Shown here: positions 48,741-58,535 of the stretch, piece after piece
Numbering within the stretch: position 1 is the stretch's first letter
How the letters are laid out: each line of letters begins with the position of its first letter
Origin: an uncultured beta proteobacterium
GTDB lineage: Bacteria; Pseudomonadota; Gammaproteobacteria; Burkholderiales; Burkholderiaceae
DNA: 64,000 nucleotides
Direction of reading: 5' to 3'
Assembly: GCA_903875135.1 (NCBI GenBank)
Contig: CAIQUZ010000037.1
Coordinates: forward strand, 19,606-83,605
Position numbers and translations under genes: made by a program
Notes under the pieces: model-generated
Told to the model about the DNA's origin: nothing
Seen by the model: the letters and a program-made list of their open reading frames with translations, nothing else
Database searches by the model: none

Positions 48741-49709
48741 ATGCTAAAAAAGTCTCTCATCCTTCTGTTATCTTTCCTTTCAATTTTCCTGCCCCTAGAT
48801 TCCTTTGCTAAAAAACAAGAACCATCAAAGGTCTATGTGGGACTCTATGTCGAAGGCATTCGGTCACTTTCTTACAATCAAGAAAATTTTACCGGTGATT
48901 TAACAGTATGGTTTCGATGGAAAGATAACGATATTCAACCCAGTAAAACATTTAAATTAAAACATGCCAAAATTAATTCTCAAAAAGTGGTTTTTAGTGG
49001 AATGATTAATCAAGGTGAAGATCATTTAGAAATTATTGATATTTCAGCAACCTTCTTTACAAAATGGGATATTACACATTTTCCATTTGATAACCAAATA
49101 CTTAAAATTCAAATCGAAGAAGATGAAGATGACCCTAACATTGAGGTGCTCTATGTTAGTGATGACCAAAACATTCGGCCTAGTACAGATGTAGAAATTG
49201 CGAGTTGGAAAATTCGTGATGAAAAAAGTTATGTCACTTGCAATCAATTTCATTCCAATTACGGCAACCCTGCCACGAATATAGAAGATGCCTGTTCAAC
49301 ACAATTTAATCACTTCATTGAAATTGAAAAGAAATCCGAACTCATTGGATTTAAGCTATTAATCTGCCCAATTGTGGCTATTTTGCTATTAGCGCTTGGG
49401 CTTTTATTACCGCCGTCAGAAGGCGCAAGAATCGGTATACCAACCACCGCTGCTTTTTTATTAATCTCCTCACAATTTATTCTGAATAATCTTTTACCAC
49501 CCTCCATTGGTTATTCCTTCGCTGAAAAATTAATTTCCTTTGGATTACTTCAATGTCTACTGTTGGTCATCTTTACGGTCTTATCCGTCAGATATTATAA
49601 AAATAACCAGCTAGAACTCTCAGCAAAAATTGATAAAAATTTATTAAGATTTGCTATCATATTGGACCTTGCATTTACTATCTACACGGCGTATGTGATT
49701 AGCTTATAA
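48741..49709 (+). CDS. Prokaryotic pentameric ligand-gated ion channel (GLIC/ELIC-like); likely start ATG 48741
   Basis: Signal peptide; VYVGLYV...FTGDLTVWFRWKD, HFPFDNQ (Pro loop), four C-terminal TM helices with ARIG at the start of M2 and LLP after M2. Confidence 0.88.
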   Translation: MLKKSLILLLSFLSIFLPLDSFAKKQEPSKVYVGLYVEGIRSLSYNQENFTGDLTVWFRWKDNDIQPSKTFKLKHAKINSQKVVFSGMINQGEDHLEIIDISATFFTKWDITHFPFDNQILKIQIEEDEDDPNIEVLYVSDDQNIRPSTDVEIASWKIRDEKSYVTCNQFHSNYGNPATNIEDACSTQFNHFIEIEKKSELIGFKLLICPIVAILLLALGLLLPPSEGARIGIPTTAAFLLISSQFILNNLLPPSIGYSFAEKLISFGLLQCLLLVIFTVLSVRYYKNNQLELSAKIDKNLLRFAIILDLAFTIYTAYVISL

Positions 49710-49739
49710 AGCTCAAGTCATTGAAAGACTTTACGTGTT

Positions 49740-52586
49740 TTAGTGACTATATCCAATGTTGGCATAGGGAACCCCACCTTTTTTCACTGAAACAGCACAA
49801 AATTTAAATTCTGGTATCTTGCCAAAAGGATCTAGTGCTGGATTGGTCATCAAATTTGCAGCTGCTTCAAAATAGGCAAATGGAATAAAAATTGACCCAT
49901 TGGGCGTGCCATCATCTACCCGAACATGGATGGCAACTTCTCCTCGCCTTGAAGCAATCGTCACAACATCACCAGCAACTAAGTTCAATTTGTTCATATC
50001 GCAAGAGTTGATTGCGACTGTTGCCATCGGCTCAAGGGCATCGAGGATCGTAGCCCTTCTCGTCATACTTCCTGTGTGCCAATGCTCTAATTGTCGACCA
50101 GTAATCAGGACAAAGGGATACTCTTGATCAGGCATTTCATTGGCGGGAATAATGTCTACTGGAACTAAATGCACCCGACCATCGCTGGTTGGAAAATGAT
50201 CTGTAAAGACGATCGGTTGACCAGGGTCATCGTCACTGAGACAAGGATAGGTGACGCTAGATTCTTTTTCTATACGACCCCAACTAATTCCATGGATGAC
50301 CTCATGCATCGTTTGGCGCATTTCTTCATAAACCTGTGCGACTCCAAATTCTGGCCCTTGATAATCCCACGTCAGCCCCATCCGCTGAGCCAACTGCTGA
50401 ATGATCCATAAATCGCCACGCGCCTCACCCGGCGGAGACAATGCTTTTTTTCCAAGTTGTATCATGCGATCCGTGTTACTCACTGTTCCCATTTTTTCTG
50501 GCCACGCACTTGACGGAAGTACCACGTCAGCTAACCAAGCAGTCTCTGTCATAAAGATATCTTGCACAACTAAATGCTCTAAAGAGGCTAAAGCATGTCG
50601 TGCGTGGTTTAAGTTGGGGTCACTCATGGCTGGGTTTTCACCCATAATATACATTCCACGTATCTTATGAGGATCGGTATCTGGCGCCAATATCTTGCCC
50701 ATAATTTCTACCACCGTATAACCAGGTACTCTATCTAATGGGGTCTGCCAAAAATTTTCAAACCACAGATGGACAGCTTCATTATCTACCCGCTGATAAT
50801 TTGGAAACATCATGGGAATCAAACCCGCATCACTCGCACCTTGGACATTATTTTGTCCTCTAAGAGGATGGAGTCCAGACCCAGGCTTGCCAATTTGTCC
50901 AGTAATCGTCGCCAATGCAATCAAGCATCTTGCATTGTCCGTGCCGTGAATATGCTGACTAATTCCCATGCCCCACAAAATCATAGCAGATTTTGCTTGT
51001 GAATAAGCACGAGCAACTTCACGAATTAATACAGCCTCAACACCACAAATTGGCGCCATGAGTTCAGGACTATATTTTTGAACATTATTTTTCAGAGCCG
51101 TAAAGTTGATTGATCGCAAATCAATAAATTCTTTATCGATCAAGTCCTCCTCAATAATCGTATAAATCATGGCATTCAAAAGAGCCACATCCGTATCTGG
51201 ATGAAACTGCATAGTTCGCCAAGCTTGCTTACTAATCTCTGTCATTCTTGGATCTGCTAGAACAATTTTTGCGCCGTTCTTAGCGGCATTTTTTAACCAT
51301 GTAGCGGCTACCGGATGATTTGAAGTTGGATTGGATCCAATCAAAAAGATCAACTCTGAATGCTCAACATCATTGACCTGATTACTCACCGCTCCTGATC
51401 CAACCCCTTCTAACAAAGCAGCAACACTAGAGGCATGGCACAAACGAGTACAGTGATCCACATTATTACTACCAAAACCCGTTCTAACTAATTTCTGAAA
51501 TAAGTATGCCTCTTCGTTACTGCCTTTGGCAGACCCAAACCCAGCCAATACTTTATGACCATAAGTCTTTTTTAAATGATTCAACTTTCCACCAACCAAA
51601 TCGAGTGCTTCTTCCCAAGAGGCTTCTCTAAAAACATCCGAAATCTGTTGATGAACAGTATCACTATCCAATACCTTTGCTACTCCCTCTTTACGGATTA
51701 ATGGTTTAGTAAGGCGCTGGGAATGATGCACATAATCAAAACCAAATCGACCCTTAACACATAAGCGACTTGAATTAGCTGGGCCATCCCGCCCATCCAC
51801 ACTCAGAATTTTTTCATCCTTAATGTTGTAGGTAATCAAACAACCGACCCCACAAAATGGGCAGACAGAATCAACTTTACGATCGACTACTTGATTCCCA
51901 ATATGTAATTTAGGCATTAATGCACCGGTAGGACAAGCTTGTACACATTCGCCACAAGCCACACAGGAACTGTCTCCCATGGAATCATTCATATCAAAAA
52001 CAATTTGACTATGATGACCACGCATCGCATATCCAATTACATCATTGACCTGTTCTTCACGGCAGGCTCTTACGCAGCGATTGCATTGAATACAAGCATC
52101 CAAGTTAACAGCCATCGCCGGATGAGTATCATCCGACGGAACGGGCTCACGCTTTAACGCTTCAAGAGCCGGTCGAACTTGCACACCGCATTCATTTGCC
52201 CAATAAGAAAGCTCCCCATGTCCTAAATCTTCATTTCCATCAACCCACTTCAAGCCTTCTTTGGGCATATCGGACAGTAATAACTCCAATACCATGTTTT
52301 GATTATTGATTGCTTTTTGACTATTGGAGTGAACCCTCATCCCTTCTTTAACGGTTCGACAACAACTCGGGGCAAGCGTTCTTTCTCCATCAATCTCAAT
52401 CACACACGCCCGACAATTACCATCAGGACGATAGCCCTCTTTAAAACACAAATGAGGTATCTCTACCCCTTCACGTTTTGCAGCTGACAAAATAGTTTCG
52501 CCGACATATGCCTGAATCAATTTGTCGTTTAGTGAAAATTCAAGCGTTTGACGAAGCTCATTTTTTAGATGTTTAGGTGCGTTCAT
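49740..52586 (-). CDS. fdh1A: NAD-linked formate dehydrogenase alpha subunit, Fdh1A-type (probably tungsten)
   Basis: GYRPDGNCRAC, CIQCNRCVRAC, CVACGECVQACP, CPFCGVGC...RLCVKG, DHCTRLCHASS (Cys-His active site), LRGQNNVQG; lacks the His/Cys-ligated cluster motif of FdsA. Confidence 0.88.
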   Translation of the reverse strand: MNAPKHLKNELRQTLEFSLNDKLIQAYVGETILSAAKREGVEIPHLCFKEGYRPDGNCRACVIEIDGERTLAPSCCRTVKEGMRVHSNSQKAINNQNMVLELLLSDMPKEGLKWVDGNEDLGHGELSYWANECGVQVRPALEALKREPVPSDDTHPAMAVNLDACIQCNRCVRACREEQVNDVIGYAMRGHHSQIVFDMNDSMGDSSCVACGECVQACPTGALMPKLHIGNQVVDRKVDSVCPFCGVGCLITYNIKDEKILSVDGRDGPANSSRLCVKGRFGFDYVHHSQRLTKPLIRKEGVAKVLDSDTVHQQISDVFREASWEEALDLVGGKLNHLKKTYGHKVLAGFGSAKGSNEEAYLFQKLVRTGFGSNNVDHCTRLCHASSVAALLEGVGSGAVSNQVNDVEHSELIFLIGSNPTSNHPVAATWLKNAAKNGAKIVLADPRMTEISKQAWRTMQFHPDTDVALLNAMIYTIIEEDLIDKEFIDLRSINFTALKNNVQKYSPELMAPICGVEAVLIREVARAYSQAKSAMILWGMGISQHIHGTDNARCLIALATITGQIGKPGSGLHPLRGQNNVQGASDAGLIPMMFPNYQRVDNEAVHLWFENFWQTPLDRVPGYTVVEIMGKILAPDTDPHKIRGMYIMGENPAMSDPNLNHARHALASLEHLVVQDIFMTETAWLADVVLPSSAWPEKMGTVSNTDRMIQLGKKALSPPGEARGDLWIIQQLAQRMGLTWDYQGPEFGVAQVYEEMRQTMHEVIHGISWGRIEKESSVTYPCLSDDDPGQPIVFTDHFPTSDGRVHLVPVDIIPANEMPDQEYPFVLITGRQLEHWHTGSMTRRATILDALEPMATVAINSCDMNKLNLVAGDVVTIASRRGEVAIHVRVDDGTPNGSIFIPFAYFEAAANLMTNPALDPFGKIPEFKFCAVSVKKGGVPYANIGYSH

Positions 52587-54382
52587 GACATTAACTCATG
52601 GGCAAAATATTTCTGAATACATTCAATCGAATTAGGCGCCGCTTGTCCTAAACCACAAATGGATGAGTCTTTCATGACCATCGATAAATCATTTAATACG
52701 CCATGATCCCAATGACGCTCTTCCATGAGTCGACTTGCTTTTGCAGTTCCTACTCGACAAGGCGTACATTGACCACAACTTTCGTGCTCAAAGAATTTCA
52801 TGACATTCAGAGCCGCATCTTTGGCTTTGTCATGCTGACTGAGGATCATCACAGCTGCTGAACCAATAAAACATCCGTAGGGCTGAAGGGTATCAAAATC
52901 GAGAGGAACTTGATTGAGCGATGCGGGCAATATTCCACCAGAGGCCCCACCCGGCAAATACGCATAGAACTTGTGACCTTCTATCATTCCCCCACAAAAC
53001 TCATCAATGAGTTCTTGTACCGTAATACCCGCAGGGGCAAGTTTGACACCAGGATAGTTGACACGACCACTGACGCTAAAACTCCTCAACCCCTTACGAC
53101 CATTTCGTCCAAAAGAAGAGAACCAATCTGCCCCCTGCTCCAGTACATCTCTGACCCAATACAGTGTTTCGAAATTATGTTCTAAAGTGGGCTTACCAAA
53201 TAAACCCACCTCAGCAATATATGGCGGTCGCATTCTTGGCTCACCGCGCTTGCCTTCAATACTTTCAATCATGGCCGACTCTTCACCACAAATATACGCC
53301 CCTGCTCCACGGCGCAACTCAATGAAAGGCAAAGGTTGGGGATGATGCAATTTTAGAACTTCAAGTTCCTTTTCTAATAACTCACGACAACCATGATATT
53401 CATCACGTAAATAGATATAACACGCATCAATACCAACCACATGTGCCGCAATTAAAACGCCTTCAATAAAACGATGTGGATCTCGCTCTAAATATGTTCG
53501 GTCTTTAAATGTTCCGGGCTCACCCTCATCAATATTGACCGCCATGAGCCTTGGTGCATCAAAACCACGAACAATACGCCATTTTTTCCCTGCTGGAAAA
53601 CCTGCACCGCCCAAACCACGTAAACCTGACTTTTCCATCTCATCTAAAACCGACTCAACAGATTGAGCACCTGATTGAAGTTGACCGAGTAATTGATAAC
53701 CACCATGTTGTTTGTAGGTTTCATAACCACAATAAGATGGGCTGATATTGTTATCATGCTTTGGGGAAATACTCGACTCAATATGTTCCTTGGGATCAAA
53801 ATGACTTTGATGATTAGGTAACGGGTGTTTCATCAACTCTTGATGAACGATAGATTGAACTTGATCTAAATTAGCGAAAGCAATCGGATGTTGATGGATC
53901 ACCACAGATGGTGCCTGCTCACATCGTCCGATACAAGGCACTGCCTCTACATGGATTTCTTTTTGTGGAAAAGCTGCCGACACTTGCTGTAGCAATTTTT
54001 TAGAACCTTCCAATTCACAAGAAACACTATTGCAAACCCGGATCGTGATGGTTGGCGCTAACTGATCGTCCTCAAGGACTTTAAAATGATGGTAAAAAGT
54101 GGCGACTTCATACACCTCTGCCATCGAAATTTTCATTAATTTACCAAGTGCGGCAAGATGTCGCTGGTATAAACACAAATAAACATCATTTAATCGATGC
54201 AGATTTTCAATTAAATACTCTCTAGCTAAGTAATGAGAAGGTATTAAATTTTCAACTTCACCAGATGAAATAACGTCAACTTGTCGACCCTTGAGCTTAC
54301 TTTTTTTCCTCAGCAACTCCTGCATCTGGGTAGATGTTGCGAGTGTCACGGGCGGTATAGTTGATGATGTATTTTTACTCAT
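52583..54382 (-). CDS. fdh1B: Formate dehydrogenase beta subunit, fused NuoE+NuoF diaphorase (start ATG 54382)
   Basis: EVATFYHHF, RVCNSVSC...CIGRC (2Fe-2S); GLRGLGGAGFP, DEGEPGTFKDR, GAGAYICGEES, CGQCTPCR, SICGLG. Confidence 0.88.
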   Translation of the reverse strand: MSKNTSSTIPPVTLATSTQMQELLRKKSKLKGRQVDVISSGEVENLIPSHYLAREYLIENLHRLNDVYLCLYQRHLAALGKLMKISMAEVYEVATFYHHFKVLEDDQLAPTITIRVCNSVSCELEGSKKLLQQVSAAFPQKEIHVEAVPCIGRCEQAPSVVIHQHPIAFANLDQVQSIVHQELMKHPLPNHQSHFDPKEHIESSISPKHDNNISPSYCGYETYKQHGGYQLLGQLQSGAQSVESVLDEMEKSGLRGLGGAGFPAGKKWRIVRGFDAPRLMAVNIDEGEPGTFKDRTYLERDPHRFIEGVLIAAHVVGIDACYIYLRDEYHGCRELLEKELEVLKLHHPQPLPFIELRRGAGAYICGEESAMIESIEGKRGEPRMRPPYIAEVGLFGKPTLEHNFETLYWVRDVLEQGADWFSSFGRNGRKGLRSFSVSGRVNYPGVKLAPAGITVQELIDEFCGGMIEGHKFYAYLPGGASGGILPASLNQVPLDFDTLQPYGCFIGSAAVMILSQHDKAKDAALNVMKFFEHESCGQCTPCRVGTAKASRLMEERHWDHGVLNDLSMVMKDSSICGLGQAAPNSIECIQKYFAHELMS

Positions 54383-54393
54383 AAATACCAAGT

Positions 54394-54418
54394 TTCGACC
54401 TCAAGACATGAGGTCGAA
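54394..54418. other. Intercistronic hairpin (10-bp perfect stem, 5-nt loop) between the MFS gene and fdh1B
   Basis: ttcgacctca-agaca-tgaggtcgaa; no U-tract on the coding (minus) strand. Confidence 0.6.
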
Positions 54419-54433
54419 TATAGAATAATAAAG

Positions 54434-56077
54434 TTAGCTAAACAACTTCAATGCACTCAAGGCGGTTCGATAAACTCCCCAAGCTAACGGTACACCAACA
54501 AATCCCCAAGATAAGTAAACTTGCAGGGCACTTGTATTGGAGCTTTGCGAAGAAGACAAGACATTTACTTCACTTCCTATGGCTTTTTCATGCGCCAGAC
54601 GCTTTTCTTCAGCAAGTTCTGCATCCGTCATAAACCAATGATCAGCAACAGGTTTAATCAACCAATTACAAATCAATCCAATGACTAACATGCCTACCAA
54701 AATATACATAGTCTGGTTATACACTTGACTCTTCGGCAATCCAAGACTTAGTTGATAGTCACGCATATAGTTCACGACCACTGGCCCTAATATTCCGGCA
54801 GTAGACCACGCAGTAAGTAATCGACCATGGATCGCGCCAACCATTTGTGTCCCAAAAAGATCCGCTAAATATGCCGGAACCGTAGCAAAACCACCGCCAT
54901 ACATACTTAAGATAATACAAAACGCCAGGACGAAAAAGATCAAATTACCAGAGTTTGAACTAGATGGAACACTAAAGTATAGGAGACCGCCAAGCACAAA
55001 GAACACTGTGTAGGTTAGCTTACGGCCAAATTTGTCAGATAAGCTTGCCCAAAAGAAACGACCACCAATATTAAATAAACTGAGCAATGCAGTAAACCCA
55101 GCGGCAACTGCCGCAATCGAAGTCAACTGGGCTTTGTCTAATTCATTATATTTAAGATCTAAGCCAATTAAGCTTCCTGCAAAGACTTCTTGTAGCATCG
55201 GTGACGCCATACCAATCACACCAATACCTGCCGATACATTCATCGTTAAAACCATCCACACTAACCAAAATTGTGGAATGCCCCAAATCTTTTTGACATG
55301 TACACTCTTTTTCGTAATCATGGCGTTCGTTTGCAAAGTAGGTGAAGGAGTCCATCCTTCTGGCTTCCAATCACTACTTGGAATGCGATAACTCATTGCA
55401 CCGACCAACATATAAACAATGTAAATCAAACCCATCACGACAAATGTTTGGGCAACGCCAACACTCGTCTCTGTGGCAAAACTTTTCATCAAAGTAGCCG
55501 CTAATGGAGATCCAATCATCGCGCCACCACCAAAACCCATAATAGCCATGCCCGTTGCCATACCACGGCGATCTGGAAACCATTTAATCAATGTCGAAAC
55601 GGGTGAAATATACCCAAGACCTAAGCCTATCCCACCAATGACACCTGAACCTAAAATCATGATCCAAAACTGATGGGTATAAACACCAAAAGCGGATATC
55701 AACATACCGCCACCCCAACAAAAAGCAGCTACAACACCCGCTTTACGAGGACCCGCACGCTCTAACCAACCACCCCAAATTGCAGCAGAAACACCTAAAA
55801 AGACAAAAAATAAGGTGTACATCCAACCGAGAGTAGATATTTTCCAATCACAACTCGTCGTAAATAACTCCTGAAAGAAACCAACATCTGCACTACATTT
55901 AATCGCCTCTGTTAGACCTTGTGACACTGCTAATGATTTCGATAGGGGTATCCAAAAGACAGAAAATCCATAAGCCATACCAATGCAAAGATGGATCGCA
56001 AGCGCTGCTGGCGGTACTAACCAACGATTAAATCCTTTTCCAGCGATCGTGCGTTCTTTACTTAAGAAGTCAAACAT
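54434..56077 (-). CDS. MFS transporter, oxalate/formate antiporter (OFA) family
   Basis: FNRWLVPPAALAIHLCIGMAYGFSVFW, GYISPVSTLIKWFPDRRGMATGMAIMGFGGG, MYGGGFATVPAYLADLFG. Confidence 0.9.
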   Translation of the reverse strand: MFDFLSKERTIAGKGFNRWLVPPAALAIHLCIGMAYGFSVFWIPLSKSLAVSQGLTEAIKCSADVGFFQELFTTSCDWKISTLGWMYTLFFVFLGVSAAIWGGWLERAGPRKAGVVAAFCWGGGMLISAFGVYTHQFWIMILGSGVIGGIGLGLGYISPVSTLIKWFPDRRGMATGMAIMGFGGGAMIGSPLAATLMKSFATETSVGVAQTFVVMGLIYIVYMLVGAMSYRIPSSDWKPEGWTPSPTLQTNAMITKKSVHVKKIWGIPQFWLVWMVLTMNVSAGIGVIGMASPMLQEVFAGSLIGLDLKYNELDKAQLTSIAAVAAGFTALLSLFNIGGRFFWASLSDKFGRKLTYTVFFVLGGLLYFSVPSSSNSGNLIFFVLAFCIILSMYGGGFATVPAYLADLFGTQMVGAIHGRLLTAWSTAGILGPVVVNYMRDYQLSLGLPKSQVYNQTMYILVGMLVIGLICNWLIKPVADHWFMTDAELAEEKRLAHEKAIGSEVNVLSSSQSSNTSALQVYLSWGFVGVPLAWGVYRTALSALKLFS

Positions 56078-56087
56078 GGATTAGCTC

Positions 56088-56310
56088 CTGTAACTGATCA
56101 AGGTTTCAATTTAATGAAATTCACAGATATTGCATATAGACTACAACCCTAATATAAGGTCTCTTCTTGAATTCCATCTAAAAAAAACATTATTAACCCT
56201 ATGATTTTATTTAACTTATGTAAATGAACAAGATATAACTTATGGCACTGTAACTACAGCGGATGTAAGAAACGCGATCCATTTTGATTCCGAACTTATT
56301 CAAGTTACAG
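56088..56310. repeat. Three copies of CTGTAACT in the leader of the OFA-fdh operon (two direct, one inverted)
   Basis: ctgtaact at 56088-56095 and 56248-56255; agttacag at 56303-56310. Confidence 0.6.
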
Positions 56311-56353
56311 AAAACTTAAGCTGATCTTCTTTTTATGACATTGAACCAGACGC

Positions 56354-56734
56354 TCATGACTGATCTTTAAACGGACTGGTAATGACTAAAAAAACCAGAC
56401 TTTCTAGACCCGTATTATGTAATTCGTGAACCACTCCAGGAGGAATATAGGCTACATCATGCTCATGCATGATGTATTTTTGATCATCCACGATGAGTAA
56501 TCCTTCACCACTCAAGAAATGATAAATCTGTTCTTGAACTTGATGAACATGACTTTCTACAAACGCGCCAGGTTGATAAGTAGAGATTCGGTAATCGAAG
56601 ATTTTGCTATCTGTAGTGTTCGGAGAAACAATCTCTTTCGATAGCGCCCGGTCATAATGCCCCGGATATTGAATCCATGGCAACTCTGCAATATTACGGA
56701 TGACAGCTTGACGTTTTTTTTGATTTTTTTTCAT
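56354..56734 (-). CDS. Single-domain cupin with complete metal motif (likely start ATG 56734)
   Basis: PGAFVESHVHQVQEQIY and YIPPGVVHELHN (H-H-E-H). Confidence 0.87.
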   Translation of the reverse strand: MKKNQKKRQAVIRNIAELPWIQYPGHYDRALSKEIVSPNTTDSKIFDYRISTYQPGAFVESHVHQVQEQIYHFLSGEGLLIVDDQKYIMHEHDVAYIPPGVVHELHNTGLESLVFLVITSPFKDQS

Positions 56735-56747
56735 AGAGTTTTTCTGA

Positions 56748-58535
56748 CTAGGGTTGCCAAGGTTGACCAAAGATAGGTTCTTTATAAGGGATTGGTGGCA
56801 GTTGCCAAGTACCTGTTGAAGGCGGTCTAATCTCGGCACTGACGTGAACATCAATCACTGTAGGGCGACGATTCTGAATCGCTTGAGCCAAGACTCCCCG
56901 GAAATCTTCACTACGGGTTACAGTAAAGCCATCAGCTCCACAAGCTTTAGCCCACATTGCAAAATCAGGGTTATAACGTTCACCACCAGGGCCCTGAGTG
57001 CCCTTATAAAATGCAGTGCCAATCTCTCGACCCTCAAACATACCAATTTGAATATCTCGAATTGCTGACCAAGCAAAATTATTCCAAACTACCCAGATAC
57101 AAGGTAAGTTGTATTCAACAGCCGTTGCCACTACATGGGGAGCCATCATAAAACCACCATCACCCACCACCGCAATACAGGTTCTTTCTGGAGCTGCAAG
57201 CTGAGCACCAAGGACCCCACAAACTCCGAATCCCATCGAAGAATATCCCCAACTATTGAGCATGCTTTGCGGTCTCTTTGGCTTCCAAAATTGCATAAAC
57301 CAATTATGATGTACGCCAGAATCTAATAATAGGATCAAATCATCTGGAGCAACATCTTGGATGCCACGAACGATATACTCAGGTCGAATCGGAGTTTCAA
57401 TCTTCGAAAATTGAGGGTTGATAAATTGTCCCCACTCATCTTGCCAAACTTTAATGTCTGTATGCCACTGTTGATACGTTTGTTGTTGAATTTTCTTTTG
57501 CTGTGCTAGACCCTGAAGTAATTGTTGTGCAAAGATTTTTGCATCAGCAATCAAGCCAATGGTGGGTAAATAGTTTCTGCCAAGTTCCGTGGGGTCAATG
57601 TCTACCTGAATTAATTTAGTGATCGGAAAATTCCAAGAGTAACCAGGATACCACGAAGAGGAAGATCGATCATCAAATCGCGTACCAACACAAATTACCA
57701 AATCGGCATGACGACCTGCCTGATTGGCTGGATATGCGCCGTTACGACCAATGAAGCCGAGGGTTAAATCATCATCCGCAGGTACACACCCCATGCCATT
57801 CGGAGAAGTAATTACTGGAATCCCATACTCTTTTGATAACTGAGAAATTTCTGGCCCAGCTTCAGAAAGACTAACCCCTTGGCCAATAAAAAAAACCGGC
57901 CGTTGGGAACTCTGAATAAGTTCAATCACCTTGGCGATATCCTGCTGGTTTGCCCCTGGTCGATATTCTCCTAAGCGATGTGAAAGTTCTGGCACTTCCA
58001 CATCATCCGACTCTTGAAAAACATTATAAGGAATATCTAAATTGACAGGTCCAGGACGTCCTGTCAACATCGTATCAAATGACTGACGCAGTGCTAAAGG
58101 CAACATATCAACCCGTGATGGCTGAAAAGTTCTTTTCACAACAGGTCGTAAGACTTGAGCAAAATCAGCTTGATTATGGGTATATAGTTCTTGAAATGGC
58201 GCACGATTGGCTTGTGACGTGGGGACGTTCGCTGTGATGGCCAAAAACGCAGAAGAATCCGAAAGCGCAGTGGCTAAAGACATCACAATATTTGCCGACC
58301 CGGGGCCGGTTGAGGTTAAGGTTGCGACAGGTTGATGCTTCACTCGGAAATAAGCATCTGCCATGTGTCCTGCCGCTTGTTCATGCCTTGGTGAGATCAA
58401 GGTAATTTTGTCTTTTAGTTGATATAAGGCGTCTAAGATACCAACATTACCGTGTCCACAAATTCCAAAAATAAAGGGGACCTTTTGCTTAACTAAATAC
58501 TCAGCAATGACCTCCCCACCTTTCATCTTAGCCAT
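56748..58535 (-). CDS. ThDP-dependent enzyme, ALS-like/IolD-related
   Basis: FGICGHGNVG, RHEQAAGHMADAY, STGPGSAN, GDGGFMM...WNN. Confidence 0.9.
   Translation of the reverse strand: MAKMKGGEVIAEYLVKQKVPFIFGICGHGNVGILDALYQLKDKITLISPRHEQAAGHMADAYFRVKHQPVATLTSTGPGSANIVMSLATALSDSSAFLAITANVPTSQANRAPFQELYTHNQADFAQVLRPVVKRTFQPSRVDMLPLALRQSFDTMLTGRPGPVNLDIPYNVFQESDDVEVPELSHRLGEYRPGANQQDIAKVIELIQSSQRPVFFIGQGVSLSEAGPEISQLSKEYGIPVITSPNGMGCVPADDDLTLGFIGRNGAYPANQAGRHADLVICVGTRFDDRSSSSWYPGYSWNFPITKLIQVDIDPTELGRNYLPTIGLIADAKIFAQQLLQGLAQQKKIQQQTYQQWHTDIKVWQDEWGQFINPQFSKIETPIRPEYIVRGIQDVAPDDLILLLDSGVHHNWFMQFWKPKRPQSMLNSWGYSSMGFGVCGVLGAQLAAPERTCIAVVGDGGFMMAPHVVATAVEYNLPCIWVVWNNFAWSAIRDIQIGMFEGREIGTAFYKGTQGPGGERYNPDFAMWAKACGADGFTVTRSEDFRGVLAQAIQNRRPTVIDVHVSAEIRPPSTGTWQLPPIPYKEPIFGQPWQP

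Noticed and set aside
49740-52586. Selenocysteine formate dehydrogenase
   Set aside because: The ORF is uninterrupted and the active site is Cys (RLCHASS)
56242-56258. Possible sigma54 promoter TGGCAC
   Set aside because: No TTGC at -12, and it points away from any plus-strand gene
56748-58535. Oxalyl-CoA decarboxylase (oxc) suggested by the neighbouring OFA transporter and FDH
   Set aside because: The N-terminal motifs do not resemble Oxc (GICGHGNV rather than GVPGIP-like) and no formyl-CoA transferase is in the window
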